Positions 1-10,687 of a stretch of 32,000 nucleotides of DNA are shown here, one piece after another. Within the stretch, counting starts at the first letter, position 1, and the number at the start of each line of letters is the position of its first letter. Location: the NCBI GenBank assembly GCA_016933055.1, contig JAFGBS010000004.1, forward strand, positions 390,001-422,000. The letters are read 5' to 3'. The position numbers were made by a program, and so were the translations under genes. This DNA is from Promethearchaeota archaeon. GTDB taxonomy: Archaea > Asgardarchaeota > Lokiarchaeia > Sigyniarchaeales > Promethearchaeaceae. The notes beneath the pieces were generated by a model, which saw only the letters and a program-made list of their open reading frames with translations, was not told the origin of the DNA and made no database searches.

Positions 1-869
1 TTTGCTAGCCAGAATTTGTAGATCAAAAACATAAGAATCAGGACGACAGCCGCGCAGAGGATCAAAGTGTTGAATTGGGCAGAACCGGTTTTAATAAACT
101 CATCCAATAACTCAGGGTCACTTAACACCTCAATGATAGGACGATCTTCGGAATTCATTTTCGACCCAATGAATGTGAAGAATAAACTCCGGGGAATGGA
201 TCCGATCAAGGTAGTGAGGTAGTAGTCGCGTCTTTTGATCCCAAGAAACCCGGCTGCAAAAGAGATATGATCGAAGGGGATTGCTGGAATTGCACGGCTG
301 ATAAGTAGGGTGGGATTGCCATATTTATACATATAATAGTCAACGACATATAAGTCGTCTCCAATAAATTTCTCTGCGACCGGTTTGCCTCCCCGAATAC
401 CGATTTCATAACATAAAGCAGCGGTGAGTAACAACCCTGCTATTGCCATTCCAGTGCCGATCCACAGCCCCCACAGTAACCCGCAAGCAAGTAGCATGAG
501 TTCCGAAGGGAGGGGGGCTATAACTCCTTGAAGTGCCATGAAAATAAAAAAAAGGACGATTCCCCATCCCCCGAGCGTTACAATCGGCCGGATAAAATAT
601 TTCAGAACCAATCCGAACATCCAGCTAGAATCCTGCACGAGTTTGATAGTTAAAACTACAGTAAGTAAGATGATAAAAACTATTAACCCAAACCAGAACC
701 ATGTCTTTAGATCAAGACCTGTAAATGCCTTTTTGAACCGAATTTTAATCGGGATTTTTACTTTAGCGACTCTAGGTTTCGCATATTCATCGATGTGTGC
801 ATCCATTTCTGACTCTTCATCGGTATAGGCAGTAGGCTGATTATCTTGTTTCTCCGAGTCAGAAATCAT
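1..869 (-). CDS. VTT-domain (TVP38/TMEM64, DedA superfamily) membrane protein, 3' end runs off the window
   Basis: Not in the ORF track because it has no stop in the window. Translated by hand from ATG at 869: MISDSEKQDNQ...FMALQGVIAPPPSELMLLACGLLWG...LLISRAIPAIPFDHISFAAGFLGI...TLIGSIPRSLFF, open to position 1. P-P-SE and R-x-x-P-x-x-PFD motifs are typical of VTT/DedA proteins. Confidence 0.85.
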   Translation of the reverse strand, partial: MISDSEKQDNQPTAYTDEESEMDAHIDEYAKPRVAKVKIPIKIRFKKAFTGLDLKTWFWFGLIVFIILLTVVLTIKLVQDSSWMFGLVLKYFIRPIVTLGGWGIVLFFIFMALQGVIAPLPSELMLLACGLLWGLWIGTGMAIAGLLLTAALCYEIGIRGGKPVAEKFIGDDLYVVDYYMYKYGNPTLLISRAIPAIPFDHISFAAGFLGIKRRDYYLTTLIGSIPRSLFFTFIGSKMNSEDRPIIEVLSDPELLDEFIKTGSAQFNTLILCAAVVLILMFLIYKFWLA

Positions 870-1302
870 CTTTCTATATATACAACAAAAGCGAAATTTA
901 TGAATCTTTTGTGCAGGCAGTCGATATTTAACCATTTTTTTATGTAATCAACATATAATCGGGTATTTCCGAATAATATCTTAGCCCATTTACTTAACAC
1001 CACCATAAAACAACGTGATACATATAAATCGGAATCAAACTGTGATTTTACATTAGGATGGATAGGTAACACGATTGCTAACACATCTTGATTCGTTTAA
1101 ATACCCCGAGCAAATGTTAATAGTAGAAGTCCTCGGTATGGGAACGTAATCCAATTGGAAGATCCAAAGCCGAATACGTAGTATGATCTACATTCATCAA
1201 TTCACGGATAGCCAAATTGACAGAAGTTCGTACGAGATGCCTCATGATCACTTAAGGTAATATTTTTGGGTATCACGGGATGAATTTTGACACAATAATT
1301 GA

Positions 1303-1652
1303 ATGTCCAATAATCCTAAAAACGAGTCCAACCACAATGGTGAAGTATACATTCAAGATATAGTAGAAGTTTGTAATTCTATTATGGAATATACGAAGGG
1401 ATACGATTTAAAGAAATTTTAGGATGATAAGAGGACGGTAGATGCAGTGATTCGCAATCTTGAAATTATAGGAGAGGCAGCAAAGAAGATTCCTCAAGGT
1501 ATTCGTGAGAAAAATATCTTTTTAAATTGTAGGAGTAGGTAGGTATGCGAGATAAGTTAATTCATGAATATTTTGGAGTGAATCTAGAAATAATATGGAT
1601 GACTATTGAAAAAGAAATTCCAAAATTAATGAAAAATCTTCAGCATCAATAA
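1303..1652 (+). pseudogene. HepT-like (DUF86, HEPN) ribonuclease toxin pseudogene
   Basis: Reads MSNNPK...YIQDIVEVCNSIMEYTKGYDLKKF*DDKRTVDAVIRNLEIIGEAAKKIP..., then after a 1-nt frameshift near 1535-1543 GMRDKLIHEYFGVNLEIIWMTIEKEIPKL*. In-frame TAG at 1420-1422. HEPN Rx4H motif (RDKLIH) is retained. Confidence 0.85.
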
Positions 1653-1808
1653 TTAGGTATTTAAATAGCAGATTTCTTTCGCTGTTTTTCCGCTGATAGT
1701 GAGACCCATTGAAAACATTAACCCATAGCTATTTTGGTGAATTCAACTAACTATACTTAACTCACGGGGATGTGAACGCCCCGCACGAAACAAAAAAAGT
1801 GAAAAACT

Positions 1809-2789
1809 ATGGAAGCTGCAAAAACCTCTGCTCTGGAGGAGTTCCAACATGTCGATGTGAGTCCCGTAAGAAATGTTGCACAGGATGTCTTAACGGAAGT
1901 CTCCCGAGTAATCGTGGGCTACGGGGATATCTTACAAAACATGTTTATATCGTTGCTCGTGAATGGGCACATATATTTAGAGGGAGTTCCTGGACTTGCG
2001 AAGTCAGTAATGGCAAAAACATTCGCCAAAACCCTTGGTTGCACATTCAAACGTATCCAATTTACCCCAGACCTCCTGCCATCTGACATTACCGGATCCA
2101 TGATCTACGACCAGAAAGTTGCTGACTTCGTCGTGCGCAGAGGACCGATATTTGCTAATTTTGTACTTGCAGATGAAATCAACCGGTGCGCTCCTAAGAC
2201 ACAAGCTGCGATGTTGGAGGCAATGGCAGAAAAACAGACTACGATCGAGGGGATAACATATCCAATGATGGTGCCTTTTATCTGTGTGGCAACGGCAAAC
2301 CCGATCGAACAAGAGGGAACATACCCGCTTCCTGAAGCACAATTAGACCGATTCCTATTCAAGCTCTGGTTAGATTACCCAGATCCTGAGAACGAAGTCG
2401 AGATTCTGCGTAGACAGCAAGAGGGTTCCATGCCCGAAGTAGAAGCAATCACTGACCCTGAAGAACTCGTCGAAATGCAGCAGATCGTAAACCAAGTTTA
2501 CATTGATGAAGTTATTCTTAACTACATCCGAGATCTCGTGCAGAAGACTCGAAGCGATCCACAAATTTTGATGGGTGCAGGTCCTCGAGCATCACTCGTT
2601 TTGATGAAATGCTCTAAAGCTAGAGCGGCGATTCTGGGTAGAAGTTATGTAACACCAGATGATATTCGTGATCTACTCATCCCAACTCTTAATCACAGAC
2701 TATTGATTCGCCCTGAAGCGGAATTAGAGGGAGTAGACGTAGTTTCTATAATTACCAAAATCTTAGAAGAAGTACCTACGCCTCTTTAG
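1809..2789 (+). CDS. moxR: MoxR-family AAA+ ATPase
   Basis: Walker A variant GVPGLAKS, RIQFTPDLLPSDITG, Walker B LADEINRCAPKTQAAMLEAM, and NPIEQEGTYPLPEAQLDRF. Confidence 0.95.
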   Translation: MEAAKTSALEEFQHVDVSPVRNVAQDVLTEVSRVIVGYGDILQNMFISLLVNGHIYLEGVPGLAKSVMAKTFAKTLGCTFKRIQFTPDLLPSDITGSMIYDQKVADFVVRRGPIFANFVLADEINRCAPKTQAAMLEAMAEKQTTIEGITYPMMVPFICVATANPIEQEGTYPLPEAQLDRFLFKLWLDYPDPENEVEILRRQQEGSMPEVEAITDPEELVEMQQIVNQVYIDEVILNYIRDLVQKTRSDPQILMGAGPRASLVLMKCSKARAAILGRSYVTPDDIRDLLIPTLNHRLLIRPEAELEGVDVVSIITKILEEVPTPL

Positions 2790-2814
2790 ACAACTTTGGT
2801 CAAAATTATCACCC

Positions 2815-2821
2815 TTTTTTT
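2815..2821 (+). terminator. oligo-T archaeal-type terminator after moxR
   Basis: T7 run 25 nt after the stop codon, within a T-rich tract. Confidence 0.45.
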
Positions 2822-3071
2822 AATTACATATCAATTATTTCTTATTTTCATCAAATCAATTTATATTTAAATAGGCTACCTCCCTTTCTTTCTATTTCGA
2901 TCTTTCTAATCAATCCTTCTTTGACAACTCTTTCTGATGTAATTACTATATTTTTTTTGTGTTTTTATCTTGGTCTAATATAACGTAAAAATAGTTCCTA
3001 TCCCGAGGAAGGGGAGAACGTTTAAATTCTCATGTCCCAAAAAGTCTCCATCAGTTAACAGAGGTGAAATA

Positions 3072-4679
3072 ATGACCAAAAAACGGTCTATGCGAGCAAC
3101 ATCCGTGTTATTGTGTCTGTTTTTGTCGATAGCGTGGATTAATTTCTCGCATGCGAGCACGCTTAATATTGAGTATGAAATCGGATTAGGTTCTTATCTA
3201 GGGGGTGGGGGGAATGATGTAGCCTATTCTATAGCAGTAGATGCGGAGGGATATATTTATATTGCAGGAAGAACTCAATCAACCGATTTCCCTACACTTA
3301 ATACCCTCAACAGCACACTGGGGGGAGAATCAGATTATTTTATCACCAAATTGGATGCACATGGGCAATTGGTATATAGTACCTATCTCGGGGGGAGTCT
3401 TAGTGAGGGGGGTTTAGTAGATCCGGACATATCCATTGCTTTGGATGGAGAAGGATGCTGTTATATTGCCGGAACAACTGTATCAGAGGATTTTCCCGTC
3501 CTAAATGCGATTCAATCGACGAATGCAGGAACCTCAGGGGCATTTGATGCGGTTATTGTGAAACTCAATCCTGATGGGAGCATGAACTATAGTACGTATT
3601 TGGGAGGTTCAGATGATGATTTTTCTGCAGCTATTGCTGTGGATGCCGAAGGGATGTGTTATATAACGGGCTCCACCGTCTCTTCTGATTTTCCCCTTAA
3701 AAATGCCTATGATACCACACTGGATGGTAGCGATGTATTTGTCACGATTTTGAACCCAGATGGCTCATTGTATTATTCCACGTATATCGGTGGAGAGTAC
3801 TATGATTTAGCCCATGCCATTGCCATTGATTCTGAAGGAGATTTTTATATCACGGGGGAAGCTAGTGAGGGATTTCCTATGGTGAATGCGTTTAATGCGA
3901 CCTTTGGGGGTTATATGGATGCGTTCCTGACTAAATTCGATTTAAGTAAAAACGAGATTTCTTATAGCACGTACATTGGGGGCAATGAAGAGGATTGGGG
4001 AATGGCGATTGCAGTAGATTCCAATGGGGGAGCATATATAACGGGATTGACTATTTCTCACTATGGGTTTCCTATAACACCCAATGCAATTGATACTTCC
4101 TATGATGATACGTATTATGATGAATGGATGTATTTTGATGGATTCCTCACGATATTAGACCCATTAGGGAATTTAAGTTACAGTACTTATCTCGGTGGGT
4201 CGAAAGGTGACGTGGGCAGGGGGATCGTGACTGATACCGAAGGGAATTGCTATGTAGCTGGATACACGAACTCTCCTAATTTTCCGCTACAAAACGCATT
4301 GGACGATTCTCTGCAAGGGACGGATGGATTTATTATGATCTTCAACTCGTTGGGCGATCTGTGTTACAGTTCACTGCTGGGTGGAGGATATATTGATTAT
4401 TGTTATGATCTTGTATTGGATGCAGAGGGATGTTTGTATCTTGTGGGGGATACGACATCCACCAATTTACCGGTAGTCGGAGGATTTGATTTGACATTGA
4501 ATAATCATGGAACGGTCAGTTCTGTTACAGACGGCTACATGTTGAAATTAAAACCACCGGATAAAAGTAAGATTCCCGGCTTTCGTTTGGGTGTCTTTAT
4601 TCCTGTTATTTTGGTCGGTGTGGTGGGCAGTTATCTATTCAAATTTCGAAAGGAATTGAAAATATCCAAGAAGAAATAA
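3072..4679 (+). CDS. SBBP-repeat (seven-bladed beta-propeller) surface protein with signal peptide and Loki-CTERM-like anchor
   Basis: Repeated YSTYLGG-x-x-x-D...IAVD-x-x-G-x-x-YI-x-G-x-T-x-S-x-DFP units. Hydrophobic N-terminus. C-terminal IPGF + hydrophobic helix + KFRKELKISKKK. Confidence 0.9.
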   Translation: MTKKRSMRATSVLLCLFLSIAWINFSHASTLNIEYEIGLGSYLGGGGNDVAYSIAVDAEGYIYIAGRTQSTDFPTLNTLNSTLGGESDYFITKLDAHGQLVYSTYLGGSLSEGGLVDPDISIALDGEGCCYIAGTTVSEDFPVLNAIQSTNAGTSGAFDAVIVKLNPDGSMNYSTYLGGSDDDFSAAIAVDAEGMCYITGSTVSSDFPLKNAYDTTLDGSDVFVTILNPDGSLYYSTYIGGEYYDLAHAIAIDSEGDFYITGEASEGFPMVNAFNATFGGYMDAFLTKFDLSKNEISYSTYIGGNEEDWGMAIAVDSNGGAYITGLTISHYGFPITPNAIDTSYDDTYYDEWMYFDGFLTILDPLGNLSYSTYLGGSKGDVGRGIVTDTEGNCYVAGYTNSPNFPLQNALDDSLQGTDGFIMIFNSLGDLCYSSLLGGGYIDYCYDLVLDAEGCLYLVGDTTSTNLPVVGGFDLTLNNHGTVSSVTDGYMLKLKPPDKSKIPGFRLGVFIPVILVGVVGSYLFKFRKELKISKKK

Positions 4680-4840
4680 ATCTCCTGTCAAATTAACCCT
4701 CCTATCTTTTTTTCTTTCCTTTTTAATGGAATATATATCCTTAAAACCGTGTGGAATCCTACCGAATAAGGATACATTCGTGGGAAAAAGTACACGAGAA
4801 TCCGATGTGTTAGAAATTACGTATCCACACCGAATTTAAT

Positions 4841-5080
4841 ATGAAAAACGAAATCATAAAAATTGAATACCAACATAATCGACCAGACTACTCCTCACCT
4901 CAAGGAATCGCTCTTTTTTTAAAGGGTTATTCTACGATGGAAATGGGATTAGTGCAATTTAAAATTAAAAAAAATCCTGATTTAGTGAGAGTAGTTGAAG
5001 AAAAAGTAAAAATAATTCGACCTTATATCGTACTGTGCGCAATTAAAGACATTGATATGGATGATAAGCAATCGATCTAA
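4841..5080 (+). pseudogene. possible degraded C-terminal part of a DUF1801/YdhG-like protein
   Basis: PQGIALFLKGYSTMEMGLVQFKIKKNPDLVRVVEEKVK loosely resembles the P-x-GI...Y.T.KG..QF...K..P..L...IV pattern. The N-terminal half is not recoverable. Confidence 0.25.
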
Positions 5081-5234
5081 AAAATAGAACATGTGTATTG
5101 TTCAAATCCATACTATATTTATTCCGGTTATTACCAGAATTTCAATAAAATGTAATTAGATTGATAAATTAAATAGTAATGTAGATACCAAATGGGCTCT
5201 ATAAATTTTTAAAAATTGAAAACTCGATTATCTT

Positions 5235-5858
5235 ATGAATAATACTGTATTTATCCCTACAATTTCGGATCTATATCAATTAAGTATTAAGGATTATAAA
5301 TTGGGGTGTAATATATTAGGGGAAGCATTTCGTGATGATCCTATCTGGTCGAAAATAATGGAAGAGCAACCAGATAAATTCAATACAGTCTTTGGAGTTC
5401 CTTTAAAATATTGTTTACGTTTCGGTAAAGTTTTTGCCCCATCAAGAGATCTAGAAGGACTCGCAGCGTGGATAGGAAGTCCATACACGAATATGAGTAT
5501 CTGGAGATTAATTATTAGCGGTGCATTTATTCCATCTTTTCAATTAGGAGTAAATATCGGACAGAAAATCTTCCAAGTGTTCAGTGTTATAGAAAAAGAT
5601 CGAAAAGAGTTTATGAAAGAAGCATATGTGTACTTATATGTAATTGGGGTCCATCCTAGTAAACAAGGTCAAGGAATCGGCACAAAATTAATTCGATCAA
5701 TGCTAGAGATATTACCAAAACACATCCCTATATATTTAGAAACCGAAACACAAGATAATGTAAAATTCTATGAGAAATTGGGTTTCGAAATTCTAAATGA
5801 AATCAAAGTACCACTCTTTGATTTACCTATGTGGGAAATGATATCTAATAGAGAATAA
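5235..5858 (+). CDS. GNAT family N-acetyltransferase
   Basis: Acetyl-CoA motif A YLYVIGVHPSKQGQGIGTKLI, and IYLET...NVKFYEKLGFE. Confidence 0.92.
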   Translation: MNNTVFIPTISDLYQLSIKDYKLGCNILGEAFRDDPIWSKIMEEQPDKFNTVFGVPLKYCLRFGKVFAPSRDLEGLAAWIGSPYTNMSIWRLIISGAFIPSFQLGVNIGQKIFQVFSVIEKDRKEFMKEAYVYLYVIGVHPSKQGQGIGTKLIRSMLEILPKHIPIYLETETQDNVKFYEKLGFEILNEIKVPLFDLPMWEMISNRE

Positions 5859-6375
5859 ATCTTATAATTTCCAATTCTTTGCTTGAATAATTGTTTGAAT
5901 ATATAATGTCTGAATTATTCCTGAATTCTTCTTCTTTTTTTATTTAATGGATGGGCTGGGTCATTTCCTGTATCTTTTTTATTTTACTGCAATAAAAGCT
6001 GAGATCATCATCATTCTTAAAAAAGCAGAGACTATAATCATACCTCCTATATTCTAACTTCTTATTATGCGATGATAACACTCTGTACAAACAATTTTGG
6101 ATATTTCATTGTAATTTATTTATGGTTATTTCAAAATATAAGAAATTTAAATTTGATGAATTCGTGGAAAAGACAATTACTTCTCAGTTGGAATAATCAA
6201 TTCCTTTTACAGCAGAAAAAGACATTGGGGTAAAAATTGTCTTCGTGTGAAAATTCCTCGAACATTGAAAAAAAGTTATTGAATTTCTTGTCCCATTTTC
6301 AGTTCGATTTTCTTCTGTTACTCCGCACCTTAACGATCATCTAAAACACTTTAACAAGATATTAAATATAAAAAA

Positions 6376-7674
6376 TTAAATTGGGCATATTCCGAAGATC
6401 AAATCCTTATAAATCCCCATTCCGAAGCGCTCCCCCGTAAAATATGCACATGTTGAAGAACTAAAGAGGGATTCACCACTTCTTCCTACGATAGGTTGAT
6501 CTCCAAGAATTGCACATAATTCATTTTGAGTTAAAATCCCATCACTTCGATTTGAGTCTACCATATATTCCACATAGATTTGACGATTCCACGAATAATC
6601 AAGATCTAAAAGATATTGCTGCCATGTTTCAATTGTGTAGGTATTCGTAAAGACAACTTCATCTGAAGTGTTAAAAATATATTGGCTGGGTATATGTTGG
6701 GAGGCAAAGAAGTCAGTGGAATTTCCAAACATCATGGAATACCCATATGAAGAAACTGGACTTGCATAAATTATATTATACATTTCTTCCAGGGTTGCAG
6801 AAGTCTCTAACGCTAATTTTGTGATACTGGATAACGGCATCATGGGATCTGCAGGTTGGTTAATTGAGACTAAACTAGAAAATAAAGAGAACCCATTCTC
6901 ATTCTTTCCACAGATTAGTGACAAACAAGCACCTCCACGAAGTGAAAAAGTTTCTTGTTTTCCGGTCAAATTCGCGTGAACCCATACCATTGTTGGTTTA
7001 AACGCATCAGAAAAATCCCAATTCTGCCCAATGGTGACTGAACCATCTGTATTGTTGGATCCAATTACTGTACAACCCCTCGGTTCAAAAAAACCATAGG
7101 TTGCTTCCGTAAAAACATGTTGAGCTAATGCATCTGTATAGGAGATATGAAATCCGGTCTTTTGGGACGCACCATCCGCAAGTCCTCGTAATTCTTCTAA
7201 ATGGTCTTCGGGTATATACTGTTCATATGTTGCTGCAACTTTCTTGAATTTTGGATAACTAAATCCATAAAAAAATCCTGTTCCTACAAGATAAAGCTTC
7301 ATATAGTAGATTTTCCATGCAATTTCTTGTCCAACAAGATATCCCATATCATAGGGATTATCGGATTCGACATATAAATATGGCATGGTATTGTCCTCAC
7401 GCCATTCTGCATAACCAGTAATATCAAAACGTATATAGGATAAACGATTACTAGCCATCCATAACCCTTCACCTATTATCCCCGATAACAATACAATCAA
7501 CACAATGGCTCCAAATTTTTTCCATTTCGGATGTTTCGCATTGGGGAATTTAAAATTTTTACATAAACCACGAGTAATTTGTTTGCGTTTGCATACCAAT
7601 TCTCTAAATAAAACAATTCCAGTAGCGATGAATGCTACAAACACAATAAACACAATAACTGCAATCCATAACAT
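6376..7674 (-). CDS. membrane-anchored C45 family (Ntn-hydrolase, acyl-CoA:6-APA acyltransferase-like) peptidase
   Basis: Two N-terminal hydrophobic helices. PYDMGYLVG and EELRGLADGA segments. Nucleophile context RG-CT-VIG followed by GQNWDF. Confidence 0.85.
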   Translation of the reverse strand: MLWIAVIVFIVFVAFIATGIVLFRELVCKRKQITRGLCKNFKFPNAKHPKWKKFGAIVLIVLLSGIIGEGLWMASNRLSYIRFDITGYAEWREDNTMPYLYVESDNPYDMGYLVGQEIAWKIYYMKLYLVGTGFFYGFSYPKFKKVAATYEQYIPEDHLEELRGLADGASQKTGFHISYTDALAQHVFTEATYGFFEPRGCTVIGSNNTDGSVTIGQNWDFSDAFKPTMVWVHANLTGKQETFSLRGGACLSLICGKNENGFSLFSSLVSINQPADPMMPLSSITKLALETSATLEEMYNIIYASPVSSYGYSMMFGNSTDFFASQHIPSQYIFNTSDEVVFTNTYTIETWQQYLLDLDYSWNRQIYVEYMVDSNRSDGILTQNELCAILGDQPIVGRSGESLFSSSTCAYFTGERFGMGIYKDLIFGICPI

Positions 7675-7756
7675 AATACCAAATTCTCAATGTTATCTTA
7701 AAAACATACTCTAAAGAAATTCTATAGAATACCATAAATAAAAAAGAAAAAAGTGT

Positions 7757-8665
7757 TTAAAGTTGTTTTCGACGTGGAATAATAAATGCTGGTATATATA
7801 ACACTGCATGGATAAAACTCAAGAAGTGTTTGATAGAACGGATTAAAAATGTCCAATCTGAGGAGAACATGCTAAATACCAGTGCAACAATAAGTAGTAG
7901 CAAAATTGTTGTCGAAAGGATTAGTTGCAATAAAATATACCCAAGTATTTTTCGATATTCTTGTACCTTCGTCATCATTTTCACAATATACACAATATCC
8001 ACGATGATTAGAACTAGAATCACTACAACAAACACATATGAGGCTCCTATTACGTAAAAAGTGATATCAGAACTCCAATATTCCTCTACAAATACACCTA
8101 CAACCCCAAATAAAAAGGCCAGATACATTATTATCTCAAGGAATACCACAAATTGTTCATTACGTTTAATATTATCCATCAAAAAGACTTCAATGGTAAA
8201 TATGATGAACATAGAATAAGCTAATGCTTCAAATGGAATGTAAAATTGCCCTAATACATAGATTATTCCCCTCAAACTGGATTCTGAGACGGTATAAAAA
8301 CTTTCCAATAAACGAGTAATTCCTAGGAATACTGCGGTAAAGAATATCATATTTGCCATATATTTATCTGTTCGTTTTTTTCTGCCCTTGTTTAACCCTA
8401 TAACCACACCGAAATAGGTTAATCCGGCAATTGCAGAACTTATTGCACTAATTATCATCCATATGGCTCGAAAATCCATATCATAAATTTGATAATCAAG
8501 CCTCCAAAATGTAAAGGGACGTATGATTTCTAGTGAATTGTGCACAGTAATTACGTCGTTGTATACTAATATGTCTAATGCAACAACCGCAATAACTGCA
8601 ATTATCGTTATAGTCCACACAAATGTGAGTACTAACTTCAGTTTAATTTTAGCCATGTTGTGCAT
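7757..8665 (-). CDS. polytopic membrane protein (about 8 TM: one N-terminal helix plus a 7-helix block), function unknown
   Basis: 302-aa ORF with eight long hydrophobic segments. No recognisable family motif. Confidence 0.8.
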   Translation of the reverse strand: MHNMAKIKLKLVLTFVWTITIIAVIAVVALDILVYNDVITVHNSLEIIRPFTFWRLDYQIYDMDFRAIWMIISAISSAIAGLTYFGVVIGLNKGRKKRTDKYMANMIFFTAVFLGITRLLESFYTVSESSLRGIIYVLGQFYIPFEALAYSMFIIFTIEVFLMDNIKRNEQFVVFLEIIMYLAFLFGVVGVFVEEYWSSDITFYVIGASYVFVVVILVLIIVDIVYIVKMMTKVQEYRKILGYILLQLILSTTILLLLIVALVFSMFSSDWTFLIRSIKHFLSFIHAVLYIPAFIIPRRKQL

Positions 8666-8938
8666 GTTAATTTCTATGTTCTTTAATAGTTTATCTTAGA
8701 TTCATACCGAAAATTTCTATTACGATTTCCACATGAAAACAGAATTTAAAGTATCAACAACTATTCTGTTGAATATATCGTAATTGGCAACCCTTTACCG
8801 TAAAACTATCGTAATATAGAGTCAAATCCATAAACCAGAATCAAATTGTGAATTTACATTAATTTAATGCCCGTACACATGAAGAATAGTTCGGTCCTTG
8901 GTGCAGGAACGTGAACTGATGAATATTATATTTCAAGC

Positions 8939-8978
8939 GCCGAATGCGAAGCTGGAGGCAATGTCATGCGTAGCATGA
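8939..8978. repeat. two adjacent GNA-triloop mini-hairpins (REP-like)
   Basis: GCC-GA-ATGC-GAA-GCTG-GA-GGC (8939-8959) and TCATGC-GTA-GCATGA (8964-8978). The 13-mer ATGCGTAGCATGA recurs at 10970-10982. Confidence 0.5.
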
Positions 8979-9023
8979 TACATCCGCCAAATCATTAATA
9001 GATTCAATCATATTTACTTCATA

Positions 9024-9411
9024 ATGACTGAAATACTGCTAGATAAAGAGAAAACACTTGAATGGCTCGATTTAAGCTTTATTTCTTACGCGATGCTATC
9101 GCTAAAATACTGAAGCGATGGAATGAGAATTCTACCCAGAAATTTTTAGAAAAAGCTAAAAAAGGTACTTATAGTCAAGCCGAAAATGATGCAATTGAAC
9201 TGCATCAATTAATTGCGAATGAACAAGATTAGCTTGAATTAATTAAGAAAATTGAGGAACAATAGCTATGAGCTAATGGGATAAACTGGATCTTGCTCAC
9301 TCTCTTATTCAAAAACAATTGATGGACCAGATTATACAAATAAAGTGTGAAGATTATCGTCTACTCGATCGTATTTGTGTGTTATACTCTATTTTTCTCA
9401 ATCTAACCTAA
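9024..9411 (+). pseudogene. decayed two-gene module, probably a small toxin-antitoxin-like pair
   Basis: MTEILLDKEKTLE, then a 1-nt frameshift to ARFKLYFLRDAIAKILKRWNENSTQKFLEKAKKGTYSQAENDAIELHQLIANEQD*LELIKKIEEQ* (TAG at 9230). Two nt later, ATG 9268 starts MS*WDKLDLAHSLIQKQLMDQIIQIKCEDYRLL... From memory this resembles Lokiarchaeal small-helical-protein + DUF6516/TumE-like pairs; not verified. Confidence 0.4.
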
Positions 9412-9551
9412 TTCCACGGCTAAGTTTGTGGAAAATAGAAACGTTGCTTTAGCGTAGACGTTTCTTATACCCACCTATCGCAAGAGACAGGCTATGAATT
9501 CACTCGGAACATGTTGATTAGTGACTATGTGGCAGGTACCTTTTTTTCCAC

Positions 9552-10550
9552 TCACTTAATGGTCATTAACATTTTATCTTCACCTAATACAACGGGACCA
9601 GAAAATATTTTTTTAACGCCTTTAAGATACTTCCTTTTTATCATCCAGTTGAGTATAGGAGGTGTAACATGAACTAGTACTAATTTTTTCGCACCAGCTT
9701 CATGTGTGAGGGTTGCTGCTTGGATGGGACTCATGTGATAGTTCTGGATATCTGTTGTTATTTTAGCAAATCTGAAAAATCCTAAATTTGCATTTGCTAC
9801 TGATAATAACCCAGCAGCTTCATGTAATATGGCATTACTAATGATTAGATCTGCGTTCTTGCATAATTTGTGCATCCACGGATGATAATTCGTGTCTCCC
9901 AGAATTACAATGTGTTTCCCATGAATATATATACGGTAGCTAACGGCTGGTTTGACAGGACCATGATCAGCTTCCCATGCATGAATATTGAAGGTTTCAT
10001 CAGTGTAGACTCTGACAGATTCCGAAGGAAGTTCTGGTGTACCTTTCAGAGGCAGGGAAATTGGTTTGGGAATTAACTGGGATGCTTCTATAGGCATAAT
10101 TTCTTCGCCATGATGAAGGATACGGTATCTAAAATCGTGTGAATACGCTTTTGAATAGCCATCTACAATGTCTTGGACTCCTTCTGGTCCATAAATTTCC
10201 AATGGAATGGTTCTACCTTGCACCCATGAACCAAATGCAGTTTCTCCCAAATCAGCGATGTGATCAGAATGAAAATGGGTAAGAAAAATAGCCTTTAAAT
10301 TTGCCCGAGGTAATTTCATTAAATCTGCATTTCGCCAAACTCCTGATCCACAGTCAAATAGCATAAACTTATCATCACTAATGATACCTATACCTGTAGC
10401 ACCGATCCGTTTGGAGTTATTCATAGGACCACCAGTGCCAAGAAGAGCAATGTGTATGGCTGAAGACGGAGAATTTTCAATTTGGGAATTTGAGCTCTTT
10501 TTAATACGATTTTTGATGAAATTCAAAAGTTTGTAATTTCGATTTCCCAT
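9552..10550 (-). CDS. MBL-fold metallo-hydrolase (RNase Z/ElaC/AtsA-like)
   Basis: LLGTGGP, FMLFDCGSG, THFHSDH (HxHxDH), DHGPVKPAVSYR, GDT, and LVLVH motifs. Confidence 0.92.
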   Translation of the reverse strand: MGNRNYKLLNFIKNRIKKSSNSQIENSPSSAIHIALLGTGGPMNNSKRIGATGIGIISDDKFMLFDCGSGVWRNADLMKLPRANLKAIFLTHFHSDHIADLGETAFGSWVQGRTIPLEIYGPEGVQDIVDGYSKAYSHDFRYRILHHGEEIMPIEASQLIPKPISLPLKGTPELPSESVRVYTDETFNIHAWEADHGPVKPAVSYRIYIHGKHIVILGDTNYHPWMHKLCKNADLIISNAILHEAAGLLSVANANLGFFRFAKITTDIQNYHMSPIQAATLTHEAGAKKLVLVHVTPPILNWMIKRKYLKGVKKIFSGPVVLGEDKMLMTIK

Positions 10551-10687
10551 AAATACTATTTGTGAGTAAGTCGTTAAATTTCCAACCTTTTTAAGCGGTT
10601 TCTATCATGGCAATTTTTGTCAAAACTAATGCTATCTGCCATTAAACCTTATATATGTATAATAGAGAAAATGAAAAATAGGATTTT

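Noticed and set aside
866-1084. 72-aa ORF whose stop overlaps the VTT-gene ATG (ATGA)
   Set aside because: No recognisable motif and a non-ATG start. The overlap may be coincidental.
5860-6370. Protein-like broken frames on the minus strand between the GNAT and C45 genes
   Set aside because: No family could be assigned with any confidence.
7757-8665. Rhodopsin or heliorhodopsin
   Set aside because: No DxxxK or SxxxK retinal-binding lysine motif in the last helix.
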